Source: Tubulanus polymorphus
Lineage: Eukaryota > Animalia > Nemertea
Direction of reading: 5' to 3'
DNA length: 64,000 nucleotides
Assembly: GCF_964204645.1 (NCBI RefSeq)
Contig: NC_134029.1
Coordinates: 3,472,001 to 3,536,000 of the forward strand
This document shows, in pieces, positions 1 to 13,357 of this stretch (position 1 is the stretch's first letter; the number at the start of each line of letters is the position of its first letter). The notes under the pieces were generated by a model. The model did no database searches and was not told the DNA's origin. It saw only the letters and a list, made by a program, of their open reading frames with translations. The translations under genes were made by a program, and so were the position numbers.

Positions 1-324
1 ATCTTAAGACTAGTATTTCGCAATAGAACTAAGATGGTCTTAGAATCTTCTAAACCATGACTTGCGCAACTAGCTCTAAAACTGTCTGTACATCCCACTT
101 TCTCTGTTAAGTTAAGACTAGAAAGAGTCAATCGATACAATACTACAATAGACTGCACTTGATCTCACTGAAATAATAATTTTCTCCAAGGCAAATGAAT
201 TCTAGGGTCGTCAGAGCGATTTTATAATACCCGCCACGTGATATCTGAGACAATTGCTGCTACTAGAGTCTACTAGAGTTTGTGAAATGTCGCAGATTTG
301 AAAATAGCCTGAAATGATACTCAC

Positions 325-3300
325 GCAGCAGGGTTTGTATATGGAGTGTGTACAGAACGACTTTCTTTATATAAACTACGTGTATTCATCCAACCTTTCG
401 GCCACAAACAAACGATCTCCGATTCGAGATACTGTTTCAGATATTCTTCAGCCGTTTGTCCGCGAGATTTTGAAATAACGAACATTCCCATCGAATTCGA
501 CACGACATCGCACAACAATTTCCTGAAAAACAGACAAAAAATTTTGAATATGGAAATCTCTTCACATAATGGAGCACATATTGATTAGACTCTGCTCACC
601 ATATAAGGTACACAAATTCCGGGGCAATCTGAGCAGGGATCGGTCGTGCAATTGTCCGGGGGGCAGTTGTCCGCGGGGGGAGGGGCAATTGTCCTGATGC
701 CAAATTGGAGTAACAATATTTGTACCATATCATGCGGGGCATGTAATCTATGTATGCAGGAAGTGGAGCACACTTTGTCCTGATCTATACCGACCTGACT
801 TTATCAGTCCAGATGAATTTTCTCCGAGGTCCGCGAATCTGTTTAGGTCTCTCACCCGTAGCTGGTTTCTCCACGTTTTCTCCCTCGCTATCGCTGTCCT
901 CTTTCTCTTTCGGTTTTTCACCGGCTTGTAATCTGTATCGATTGATAATAATATCTTAAACAAATTCTCTTTCACGAAGACAAATAGCCCTGAATCATTA
1001 GCCCAGTTTACACACATACCTCAACAGGTTAGTCGCTTGACAATCGGTGTTGTACTTTTCTAAGATGGCTGGCATCATCTGATTGATCTCTGCAAAGAAA
1101 TCGATCGACTAACTACATAGAACACTAGCGATGAAATACTCCCGACGGTAATAATCTAACCATATAAAACATGAGGAAAGATTTATTTATATCTATCCTG
1201 AGCAACTGATTACTTCCTCATTGTACCTAGTAGCTACTGTGAAAGCCAGTGATGATGAAATTCATAATTTCAGTAGTTAAAACTATTAAATTAAACCAAA
1301 CCGTTTTGAGTGTGATATTTGTTTTCAAGCTGTACTCTGGACTCAATATCCCGTCAAAGAAAACATACAACATTCATTCATCGAAATGTGAACGTACCGT
1401 CTCTGAGTTTATCGACCGGTTCTTTCAGTTTGTTGTCCTGTTCGAGCAGCAGTAGTTTTTTCGCACGTTTTAACAGCGTATCTTTACTACACGGCAGAAA
1501 CGCGGCTAGATGACTGAATACGGTCGATCGGTTTCCACAACTCAGATTCTGACGACAATCTTTATAGATTCCGTGAAGCAGTTTATTGACGCTCGGCGTG
1601 AAAAACTTACATTTACCCTGCGCTGCAGATTCGATAGCCGCCTGAAATTAATTGAAAATAATACTTTAAAGCTTAATATTTTGTAGTCAGTTTTGTGTAA
1701 CAATAATACGTAGATATCAAACAATGCCAAGGGTCAGTTTGATGAACTGTGGAATTTTCACATCCTTGCAATTGGCTTTTTTCACACAACAAAAAATACC
1801 AGGATTTTTCATAAATTTTTTCGCATGATCTTTCGCTTAATTTTTTACATCAATATCACGTCGAGATACGATAACAATAACATATGCGGCAGATTATAAA
1901 TACACATTTTCATGATTTTTCACATCAATCCGACCCTTCCCCGTCTGAATAGCAATCGAATGAACATTTCTAATAATTTTCGTTAAGCAGACATTCATTT
2001 TCACAATCTGACCCGCGCTCTGTAATGCATCATCTAAAATAACCCACACACTCACGTGTTTAATACGATCGATTTTATCCACCAAATATTCGGACATATC
2101 ATCGGGAAGTTTGGCCGCATTCGCTGGATTAATCAGAGTGCTATCATCGAAATCTTTCCCCGTTGAATCATTAATTGACGGTTGTTTCACCGGATTTAAC
2201 ACAGTTTTAGATGATTTTTGAGGCGAGTCCGACGATGACACCGTTTTCACTGATTTACTCAACACAGCGCTGTTCACCACTGATTCGATCGTAGAGTCTA
2301 GTTTAGTCAGTTTAGCAGACGACGGCTGTGTCTGCTGCTGCTGCTGCGTAGTGACGGATTTATTCACGTCGCTATCGACATCGCTCTCCTCCGACGACGA
2401 CGATGAATCTGATGATTCCGATGATTCGCTACCTGACGATTCGGATGAGGATTTTTTGTTGTGTGAAGAAGATGCGGTGGGAGCTGCAGCGCTGACACCG
2501 CCCCCGCTACTGCTCACACCGTTCACTTTGTTGGCAGGATTCGACTTCGGGACAATTGAGGTAGATTTCTTCAATGAATCACCTGAAGTAGTTTTCCTAA
2601 AATAAATATTAAATCAAATCAGATCAGTTACAAAAGTTGTCTTAGTTAGAGATCAGCGCATACAAAACTCCTTGGTATTTCCTTGACCAAAAGTTCCTCG
2701 ATTAAAATTGAATTAATGGTCAGTGGGAGCTGTTCCTTATCTTGCCACTCGTCACCAGCAAGAAAAGCAAGACACCAATAATTAAAATTCCTGGGCAGGG
2801 TTTCATAGATGTGGAAGTAAAATAATCCCTAGGAATATTTTGAAGTTCGTCAGTTATAACCACAGTTTCTCATTGTTACTATAGTGGTTGTCACCTATAT
2901 TGAGGATTTACCCCTACGGATAACTTTGACACTCGGTCTATGAAACCGGGCCCTGCACTTTTTCTTGATTTTCTAGAAAAGTTGGGATTCCCTGAGTTAC
3001 CCTACAGGGAAATTTAAATTGCGAATTCCTTGATTTCTCTGGTCCGTAAGAAACCCGTCTGTTCCTAAAATTTCTCAGCTATGTCCGAAGTTTCAAGGTT
3101 ATGTGTACTTACAACAAAGGCTTTGCTATTTTGACTTTCTTTTTGGGATGTTGCCCATCAGCATTATTCACTAATTTCTTCTTTTTCTTATCACTGACTA
3201 GATTCGAACTGTTATTGTTATTTACAGGTTTCTTCTGAAAATGAAGTGAATCGAAAAAATACCGTAGTATGAATTCTATTAATCCTAAATAGGCAGCTCA

Positions 3301-6300
3301 GTCATTTAGAATCAATCTAGTAAGGACAATAATACGAACCACAACTTTGCTATCGTTTTCCGACTCGGAATCTGAAGTTATTTTCTGAAAAGATGAATCC
3401 AAACAGATGATGCATAGAACTCATATGAACTAATTTAGGAGGAAGAGGGTATTTATCAATGGCTATATTGTCAGTTCTGCATTAAAGGTTTAGATTTCAA
3501 GACCAAGAACGGGGGCAATGAGTTGCATAGTCAAGGGTTAGATTCAAAACCAGTCTGGTTTTAGAACATCTTAGTTCTATAGCCAAGGTTGCACAGCACA
3601 GGTTGCACTAAGATTCGATCATCTGCGAATTGGTTTTTAAGACATTAATGTCACATCGCGCAAGCTCAAGTCGCGGTTTCGGCCAAGACTCATTTGTCGG
3701 ATCTTAGCTACACTCAGATCACCCGAGATCTATTATCATTTTGAAGTCATGTGATGTCTAAACTTATGCCGCAAAAATTCTCCGGCTGAAAGATCAGTGA
3801 CTGGTTGCCGTTTCAGTACGAACCGGGTCGGATCTGCTGCGACCTGAGTCAGGCTTGACAACTGAAGACCGGTCTCAAAGGCCATTCTTGGACTTAAGTT
3901 GTGATCATGAAACAGGGCACCGGTGCCAACTGAACTCACTTTAATTCGTTTACGTTTCTTTTTAACCATCGTGCTGCTGCTGATGAAGTCATCATCATCC
4001 CCGGAATCATCGCTGATCTGACGGAAATCCAGAACTCCCGAATTGATGTAAAATCCACCGAGTTTCGTCGTCAACGACAACGGCACAACTTCGTCATACT
4101 AAAACGATATTTCAGAAAAAGTAGAGTAGAAGAAATAGAATGAAGCAAGACACGAGTTGCAGTGGTACAAGTGCCGACAGTTTGACTATGAACGGGAAAA
4201 AAACCCAGTTTTTGCCAGGTAAATTTGAAAGGTTTCACCATCGTCCACGTAAACACATGTATCATCTCAAATTATTGAAAACCTTCTCTGTTTTAAACAA
4301 TTCATCAAAATGTCTAAATTTACCAATTTCGCTTTAGATAAATTCTGACAACAATCATTATCATTTCCAGTACATTCAGCAAAGTACATTTAACAAATTG
4401 TAACCTTTTGTGTAATGAGGATGCTGTGCTGCACCAGCTATCTTGCTAGATCGGGTACAAACCAATAGAACAACTCGAAATAAAAATTTAGTTCATTTTC
4501 AATTAACTTTCATCGAGAACTTAAGCCTCCTAAATCAGAAATTAGACTGATCTCCAGGTACAGCGTGATTTTTACTCATCATTTGTTGAATTTGAGAAAT
4601 TTTTTCTAAATTCTAATTGAATTTGAATGGCACACAAGTGTGAACCCAGTGGATCCTTGCTTGCCACAGTCAAACATAGCTTCCTATGAATTAGTGATTA
4701 CTTACAGCCTCAGTGTTATCTACAAATGGATCTGTGTCATCGTAACCATCTCCCAAATCTATCATATCTTGTAAACGTCCGATCTTTGACTTACGCATAT
4801 GTTTCTTTTTCGCCTTATGACCCTAGAAAAAGGATAATAAATAAATCAGTCTCTCTTTCATGGCCCAGAGTCAAATTTCACAAAAAAGGATTAACTCATA
4901 AATAAATTGAAAATCAAGTGAAATAATGAGGAAATTAAATTAGTTTCGTAGAGTCAAATATTTTCGTGAATCTTGGTCCAGCACAGTATATTCTCTCATT
5001 CTGACATCTCAACTTACATATTTCTGTTCAAATGATTTAGCCAGCTCTTCCAGTTTGCGTTGTTCAGCCAGATCTTGTGCCGCAAACGGATCCATTTCTT
5101 TAAGTTTCTCATCATCATTGTCCTAGAATAGAAATATTCTATCTTATGAAACAACGACCCGAGAACTTCATCTTAAATTGCATTCTACCTCTACAGGTAA
5201 AGGTTTCATTGAATATTCTCAATCTTTGAAAGAAAAAAAACTATATTTCATAATTGTTCTATTTCAGAGCAGAATAATTTTTTAACCTTATCATAATACA
5301 ATTCAGAGTAGAAATATCTAAATTCATCACGCTATCATAATAGAAACTTTGAACTATCAGAATCTCATTTCAAAATTGTTTTTATGTTCAAAGACATTAA
5401 AACGATGCTGGATAAAAACTAAAGATTGTCATCACTAAATTATAAGGTTCTGTGAATTCATTTTCAGTCATAAAATAATTTATAAATTCTTAACTTATCG
5501 CTTAAAATCCGCATCTTATTTATTTGAGGATATTAGGAAATTAAAGGCGTGCGTTGGTTTTTGTTTTGCTATTTTCGAGTCATCTACGTTTATTTGAGAG
5601 TTGGCGTTGAATTGCTATTTTGAATTTAGCGCTTCCCGCTGCGCGAACTTTAACCCCACGAAAATAATTAGGGCATAACCGCAGCTCGCAGTAGCCCGGC
5701 AGCAGCGGTACAGCACCCTCAAACGAGCCCCAGCACAATACACCGCACACGCACACACGCCGTCGCTCCGACACAGCAGCATAGATCACCGTACAAACAT
5801 GACACCTTGTGACCTAGTTTCCCTAGGAACCAGTCGGAACCCAATCAATAATATTATTCAATCGATTGTTTCGATGATAAAATCGATGAAGATAAAAAAA
5901 TCTCCCACGTAATCAATAAATAGTGCATATAAAACCGATTTCCAGAACTCGGCTATTCACTCGCTGCTATTTCATAGATTTGCGAACGCAGCGCTATATT
6001 CGTCGGCTGGATTTTTTTGTATCGAGATTCGCAGGAAATCGTCTAAATCGTTCATAAAAATGAAATCAAAATGCAGCGTTTTTCACTGCAGCATTCTTTC
6101 GAAAATTCAATCTCACTTGTCTCGTATGGCGATAGCGTGAATAACGGGAAATATGTCGTTAACGCGTGGACGCAGTTGCGCTTAGCAGTCTGTGTGTCGA
6201 GTCTCGCCTACTTGTTTATTTTTATCTAAAAGCAATTACGATCTAGTTCCACCAATGCTTCGATGCACTATTAACCGTATCAAAAACCTTCAGATTTCAA

Positions 6301-7056
6301 CATTTCGCCAAAATATCCAGTGAAATGACACTACTCGACGAGCTTCGTTATGAACGAATGTAAGAAGAGGCCCGCCGACTTTCGTAACATAGCCAAAACC
6401 ATGACAGGCAATATGGCTGCATTAAGTACCGTCTCAATTATTATGATCTGGTTGGGAAAAATGTCCGAATTCTCCCCCAAAGACGACACGAACAAGAAAT
6501 ATGTGAAGAGAGGAGAAAACGAACGTGTGTGGAGGGTTCGAACACTAGCCATGCGAAACCAGCACGTGTCCACAACTATCCCGGTTACACGGAATATCGA
6601 ATCGAAAAAAAACCTGAAAACTGGGACAAATTCGCACAAAATGGCGTCGGATCGCTGCTAGAATGTATTAACATTATTATATAGCTCTGGTTCGGCTTCG
6701 AAAATGTAGTTGATTTACAAGAGGGAATAGTTCCCGCCGCGTACCAACAAAAATGACGATCTTCTCTTAACTTTGACCGGCCGCGAAAAACCGGTAGAAA
6801 TCAGCGAAAAACAGTCGACAACTCAATTTATTAATTATTACCGTTAGAATATGTATATAAGAGAATTTTTCGGAGACTTAATCGCACTTACCACGGCGTC
6901 TTTCAATAATTCCAAGTAGGAGAACTCGGCAAACGTTTTATCGTCGGATTCTCCGATATCTAACTCGAATCGGAGAACAGGTGGACATTTTTCGGGCTTT
7001 TTCTTGCCGTCTAGAGGCACATTCGACGTCAATTCTACTCGTCTAGGTTCTGCCAT
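325..7056 (-). CDS. UBN1: Ubinuclein / yemanuclein (HIRA-complex H3.3 chaperone); 3' end runs off the window. Exons: 7056-6892, 5122-5018, 4822-4706, 4098-3940, 3384-3340, 3234-3113, 2596-2056, 1641-1398, 1089-1020, 932-795, 522-325
   Basis: Spliced translation gives the N-terminal 'FAEFSYLEL', the HUN domain '[21 protein letters not shown]|[26 protein letters not shown]' and the UBN_AB region '[22 protein letters not shown]...[13 protein letters not shown]...LWPKGWM'. All junctions are GT-AG and phase-compatible. UBN1 vs UBN2 cannot be resolved. Confidence 0.92.
600..700. repeat. GGGGCAATTGTCC-type short GC-rich repeat remnant in a UBN intron
   Basis: Repeated 'gcaattgtcc / gggcagttgtcc / ggggcaattgtcc' units at about 620-695. 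Confidence 0.5.
2792..2954. mobile_element. MITE-like element (~160 bp) with terminal inverted repeats
   Basis: The 5' end gggcagggtttcataga matches the 3' end tctatgaaaccgggccc (reverse complement gggcccggtttcataga). Related termini occur near 32305 and 63432. Confidence 0.65.
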
Positions 7057-7154
7057 TTCGTGTAGTCGACTTCTAATTCAGTTTTGATCACAGTTTATGC
7101 TTCATTTTTGGCAAAACGCACGAAAACTTCAACAACTCGAACTTCATCCTTCAA

Positions 7155-7255
7155 TCACCGCCATTTTGTTTTATAGTACGCTCTAAGCTTGCGCGCATGC
7201 GCGGTGACATTGCAGACGAATTTTTCAAGGTTGTTCACCAGGAGCCACGTGCCTT
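7155..7255 (-). promoter_or_regulatory. Ubinuclein proximal promoter motifs
   Basis: YY1-like CGCCATTTT (~7159), NRF1-like palindrome GCGCGCATGCGCG (7191-7203) and E-box CACGTG (~7246), lying 100-200 bp upstream of the ATG at 7056. Confidence 0.55.
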
Positions 7256-7622
7256 TGTTTACAAAACTAGCTGTCAATAATGCCAGCACTGTGGCACATA
7301 AATCATCATAATCTGAGCTTACACAGTGTACGTAGATTCTTCCTTAATTCTGCGATGAAGTTTCCAGAAAAATAAACAAATAAAAGCTATAGATTTCAAG
7401 CCATATTTACGCGGTAGTTACATTTATTGATCAAAAAGATTCTTTAAATACAAAGTATAACTTCTTTATACAAAATAATAAAATTTTTTTGTAAAAACAT
7501 ATTTTATGCAAATGAAATATCAGCTTTAAAAATAAGAACTGAAAAAGTAAAACTATTTCTTACAAGTATTAGTGTACTTCCACATGATGAAAATGTTTTA
7601 GACTGAATCCTTTATCTAAACC

Positions 7623-8604
7623 TTAAAGTTCATCTCTTTCATAAGTGGCATCAATAGGTATCCTAGTGTCTATTAGTTTAACCAGACCATTCAGCATATA
7701 GGCAACATATAACGACAATAGCAATAAAGTTATTAGAACCAAAACTAACTTCTCGATACCCAAATCCAGACAGAAATCATACCAAGTATCGCGAACATTA
7801 CAAAAAATGTTGCTCTGAATTGTCTGATCATGAGGTTTATTTCCTCGTTCCTCTAATGACTGTAATTTCCGTAGATAGTTTATCACTTCAGTAGGGACTC
7901 CACGCCTTTGAGCGAGACATAAAGGTGTTTCTCCCCTCTTGTTCCTGAAAAAAAACATTACAAATTTTGAATCATTTTGTCTTCTGATATAATTATCAAT
8001 GTTTTACAATCTATTTCCATTGGAGAGACTCTACTTTTCACTGCGGCAAACAAGGATTCCACTAGTGGCAAGCGAGGATGCACCAGGCCAGATCTCTTTC
8101 AGATTTAATTAAAATCTTTCCAAAGTTTCTCAAGAATTAAAACTGACTTTCTGTGAACCCTTGAGATCAAGTTGAGTTTATTCAGGGACATGAATTTGCC
8201 TAATTTTTGAAGTGGGATCAAGTTGAAAATCTATGAAAGCTAATTGAAAATGAACTAAATTTTGATTGAGTTTGTCTTTGATCAGGTCTAGATCAGGCCA
8301 TAACTTACTTGACTAAAGCAGAGGCCCCGTATCTTGATAAACATTGAACCGTTGCGTAATGACCTGCTAGATGTAATGGCTGACTACCGAACATATCTGC
8401 AACTTCCACATCAGCTCCGTATAACAATAATAATTCCATCATATCAACTCTACCTCTGATCGTTACAACATGGAGAGGAGTTCGTCCTCGTTTATCGAAT
8501 TCATCCGGTTTTTTACCACTTTCTAGTAACTGTTTCAATAGATCGACATCACCCTCTAAACACGCATCCATCACGGTCAAATTTCTCTCCACTACATCAT
8601 CCAT
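7623..8604 (-). CDS. ANKRD46: Ankyrin repeat domain-containing protein 46 with C-terminal TM. Exons 8606(ATG 8604)-8309 and 7944-7623; upstream exon ends at donor 9095
   Basis: 'MDACLEGD...DKRGRTPLHV...QPLHLAGH...NKRGETPLCLAQRRGV' followed by 'TWYDFCLDLGIEKLVLVLITLLLLSLYVAY'. This matches the ANKRD46 architecture (ankyrin repeats, TWxxFxxDLG, TM). Confidence 0.85.
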
Positions 8605-10182
8605 ATCTGTAACAATTGCGTTAGAAACACTGGTCATGGGCAGGTTTCTCAAAAGTTGGTTTCAGTAAATGGGAAGGTAATTTTTCTACGAAATTTTCGA
8701 GTCTATTTGATTCGCGAGTTCGATATCTTTTCAGATATTGGTCTGATTGTTGGTAAAGCCTATCCGATTATCAAAAAGTATAAGCACCACCTCCAGATCT
8801 CTGTAATTGAAGATAACTACTCTAGTTCAATTTATACAATGGATCTATGGGTAAAAGTGCAGATCTGCACCTCTTCAATTACATTAAATATCATTGTTTC
8901 AGATTCAAAATGTCATCAGCAATTCATACATTGCCATTGGTTAATTTTAATATATCTTCACTAGAAAGATTTAGCCTGGATACTGTCATTCACTGATTCT
9001 GTAGATTGCGTCAATCACGAGAGGTGCGGATTTGCACTTTTACCGATTTATGCTTTGATTTACTGTTATTATCAGCTGTCAGATAGTTACTTACCGGATG
9101 AGAACCGATAGGCAGCACCAGAGAATAGTTGAAATCCAGAAATTAAGAGCTCAATTAGAAATGGTAAAACCCAGACAGGAAAGCTACCAACGGAATTCCA
9201 CTCTCGGGAAATTCTACCTCGCCCGAAGCGTATGAATTTCCCTATTCGATTACACATCAGGGTACGTGTTCTCCGGAATGATTGAGCCCTCCCATAAACG
9301 GGCGACACATACGTGGCAATCATACGGCATAGTCCACTCAATATCCATTATAGGGAGCGTTAACCCTTTCTTCTGCCGTACATTCACCAACGCACAACGC
9401 ATAACGCATTCATTTAGACTACAAAAGTTTATTTATGTAACGAAAAAAGAAACCAACAGGAACAACAGAAAAAGTAATTTTCGAAATATTTCATACACAT
9501 TAGCAAATTGTATTAAACCAAATCGATGATGATTTTACAGAATACTGAATAAGTGACTGAGCAAAGTCTGGAATCTCGATAAGACTTCGTGAAACTGGAC
9601 CCAAAAGACAAATGCTTTTTGAAGCGTTTATTACTACAGTAGATAATATGAAATTCGATAGAATTTCTTATCTCAAATACTGAGTTTTCAAAGTTGATAG
9701 CTCCTTTGAGAATAGCACTGATTGAAGTTTTAACCAAAAACAATGGGCAAGTGTCATTTTCACTCGAGTGAAACAAATCCTAAGAAAACTATATTGGATA
9801 GTACAACAAGAAAGAGAAAAAGAAACAGAAAACAGAAAGATAGAATTAATTCAAAACTAAATGGTGAGAAATAAAAAAGAATGTCCCTAGTTCCCCAGAC
9901 AAGAAATGTTTAGACAGGATGGCCACTTACGCATGTTTCAAAGGGTCGTTGAAATCTAAAATCAAATTTGTACATACACCACAACATATTATAAAACCTT
10001 TTTTAACTATTTACACTGACATTAGTTGTTAAAATTCTTCTGCAAAAGTAAAAATTTATGTTGCTTTCGAGCAAAAACAAAGATATCTTAACTTCACGAA
10101 ATTACTTCACTATGGCCACCCAGTAGATAGAAATTGATGACAAATTGATTGTGGTATTCTAATATAAAATCATAGGTTAAGA

Positions 10183-13100
10183 TCAACTGTTTATGTATTG
10201 GGAATAGAGTAAACCAGTCGCTGATATTGCATCTCCTAAGCCTACTGTCTTTATAGGATGTTTACAAACTAATACAGGGCTAAAAACAAATTCATATATT
10301 CCATTTGTCCACGAATATACCGGGTTCGTAACGTTGAAAATGAAGTCCTTCCGATTGTTGTGCATGTCAAACTTCTCCGGAATTTTCAGTTTCACTTTAT
10401 AAGGGTCTAAAGTCTGTAAGTCACATGCTTGAAGACCGGCCATTCGAGTTCCACTTGCCACAGCTGATTCTGAATTAGTCCATTTTGCTGATACCGTCGC
10501 GATGACGTGGAAAGTCAATGAATGGAAATGCAGACGCGTTAGTCGGCTTTCCGGTAATATATCAGAATGTCCGTAAGTTTTCAGCAACCAAAGCATAGAA
10601 TCAGTAATTCTATCGATTGCTAAAATTCCTTCAGTTGTTTTAAGGCTGGTGTGCGGTCCGTTGCCGATGTTCGACATGAATTTCAATTCTTGCTCATTAA
10701 ATCCCAGAGATGTCACATGAGGTATAACCTGACAAAAGACAAAAAAAATTCTCAATGATGTTTCTTTCACATCAGTTCTCAAGTTCTACAGTTCTGAGTT
10801 TAGATTTGAGTCGGAGTTAACTCATCGAAAATGAACTAATTACCAACTAAGATTTATATATCGGACTCATAACAACTGTGGAACTGGATCCATAAATTTT
10901 CATTAATTTCGAACAATTATCATACAAACCTTTTCTAAACTTTCTTGCATTAGGTCATGATTAGCCATACTAGCAAGTTCTAGATGTAAAGCAGTGTTTT
11001 GCGGAATGACTGATAGATGGCGACTGAGTAAATCCATTCTCTCCAGCCATACAGATTTTGGTTGAGACTCGAGCATATGTATCCCTGGAAGGAAATCAAT
11101 AAGGTATTAGAACGATTAAAATACCGATCCAGTGACTAAGCTTTATGAAACCCATGATAATTTATACAACTCGATGTTTAAATACATCCATAAAATCTCA
11201 TAGAACATGCAAAAATATAACATGTCATGCATAATTCTGGTGATTTTAGTCATATGCTTTGACAGCTGTCACCAGAAAGTCAATACTCCTGAAACTAGAA
11301 TATATAAGTCTTCAAATCTAAAATTGTACCATATATATATAAACATTGTATATATCATATATACCAGATTCAAAGACACGTTGTTATACAACACAATAGT
11401 AGCATTTTTGCATCTTTGTCACTGTTCACAACATCCTATTCTGAATGTGTAAATTGGAAGTGACAGATAATAAAATCCTCACCACCGAATATTTAACAAA
11501 TCTGATATCAAAATATTACAAACCTACAATTAAAAATTTAATTCAAGGAAAAATGCTGAAAGTTATTTTAATATATTTTATCTCAAATGCTAGAGCCATT
11601 TAGAAGATTGAAAACATTTCTTATGGAAAACAATTTCAACTTGCAGTTTCTAAACATTATTTTAGAATTCACTAGGACATAGGTCTTTCATAACCACGGT
11701 ATAGAAGAAAATATTTCATCATCACCAATATCAGTTTTAAAACTGAAATTGAGTTCATTTCTCGTATATGAAGATAGACAGAACTTGTCCCTTGAAAGAC
11801 TAATAACGAACCTGATAATACAACTAAATCCGGTTTAAATTCATCGACGCTTTTAAAAAACGCGTCTATGAGCGTCATATGAGAATTACTGACGTCGTGC
11901 GAAGTGATGAATCTATTCGCGCACGACGCTGTATGTGGACCCCATTTCTGTTGAGACTTGTACTCCATGATGAGATGAACCTCGTCTTCTGAGGAGATGC
12001 TGTATACCGGTACATGTATACGCTGATGTAAAAGATTCTTCAGTCGAGGTCCAACTGGGCCTACCAGTTGTACCTGCAAAAACGTACAACGAATTACAAA
12101 TACAGTGAGTCAATCAGATAAAATTTAGACCCCCACCCAAGAAATTTGAGATAAACAGAGTCTTCTACCATAAAAAGAGTTTTAATTACTAAGCTCATGC
12201 ATCTGCCATGAGACCCTCGTCTCGCTAATTGAACTGAAAGTATTAATTAATTACCTGAGCATTATCAGAAAGGGAGACTATTTTCTGAGCAATAAGAGCA
12301 GCATTTCCTCCTATATACCACTGAAAATATATCAAATACATTGTTTATTTTCTGGGCCTAGTTTCACAAAAAATTTACAGCCGACTCATTTTACTATCAG
12401 TTGCATATTTTTGAAGGCTCTGATTCTTCATTATCTATGTGAAAATAATCTCTACTTACGAACGTTTTCTCAAGACCCGAAGCAGCATCGATCACTTGAC
12501 GGAATAATTGCTCATTCGTAAACGGACGTTCGATTGCAGCACCAGTCGATAGCGAGAATGAAAACGTCTCTTGTAAATGTTTCAACGTTTGAAGTTGGAG
12601 ATGATTTTCGACTGTTTCACTCGGTTCAATCGATAATGACTTCAATAATTCACTTCCGCTTACAATCAAATCAACACAAGCATTGATCCTGAAAATAATA
12701 ATCAATTCATACATTTACATTATAATTGTATGACTATTTTCAAAAATTGATTATTCTTTATGAAGAAGATCTAATGATCGAATCTTTTAAAGTTATTAAA
12801 AATAGAAGCGCAATGCAATAGGGGTGTTTCACCACAGGGAAAAGGGGTAAAAACCAATAACCTAGGATATGCATTTATACCAAAAAGGCAAACTTTTTTT
12901 CCTTGGTCTATATTATATTACGATAGCTTGGCTATGTAACAAGGAGATCCCAGACCTGTCCACTGTCTGACAGAAATTACTAATTGTCGCGGTGAACCGT
13001 GGTTTAATTTTAAATTTTTTCAGATGACATTCTTTTTAAAACTTCAACGCCAAACTGATGGTGCAATGGAAGGGAGATAGAAAAGGGGATACGCTACAGT

Positions 13101-13357
13101 ATGGTGCAGGAAGGGTAAATTTGGGGAATGGAATAGGGATTAGAATTTGGAACGTGGAACTTCTGATTTGGATTTGTCTTGATTTACCCGACTGCAACTT
13201 TAGTAAAACTTCTATCAGGTAGTTTAATATGTTGATTCCAGTAATCAATCACGTTCATCTCATTTCTAACTGACTTCTCCGCGTTCCATTTCGAATACCA
13301 ATAAGCGATGATGATCGCTAGCAGGGCAAAAAATAATGTTTTACTGAAATTCAACAT
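10183..13357 (-). CDS. ADPGK: ADP-dependent glucokinase. Exons 13357-13188, 12688-12460, 12320-12255, 12073-11812, 11084-10930, 10728-10183
   Basis: N-terminal hydrophobic anchor, plus 'VAVG|INACVDL', 'GGNAALIA', 'DEVHLIMEY', 'ANRFITSHD', 'SLGFNEQEL' and the catalytic 'TVGLGDAISA'. Confidence 0.95.

Noticed and set aside
5579-5593. 15-nt match gtcatctacgtttat with the NEDD4 exon at about 46272
   Set aside because: A single 15-mer match is expected by chance in an AT-rich 64-kb window.
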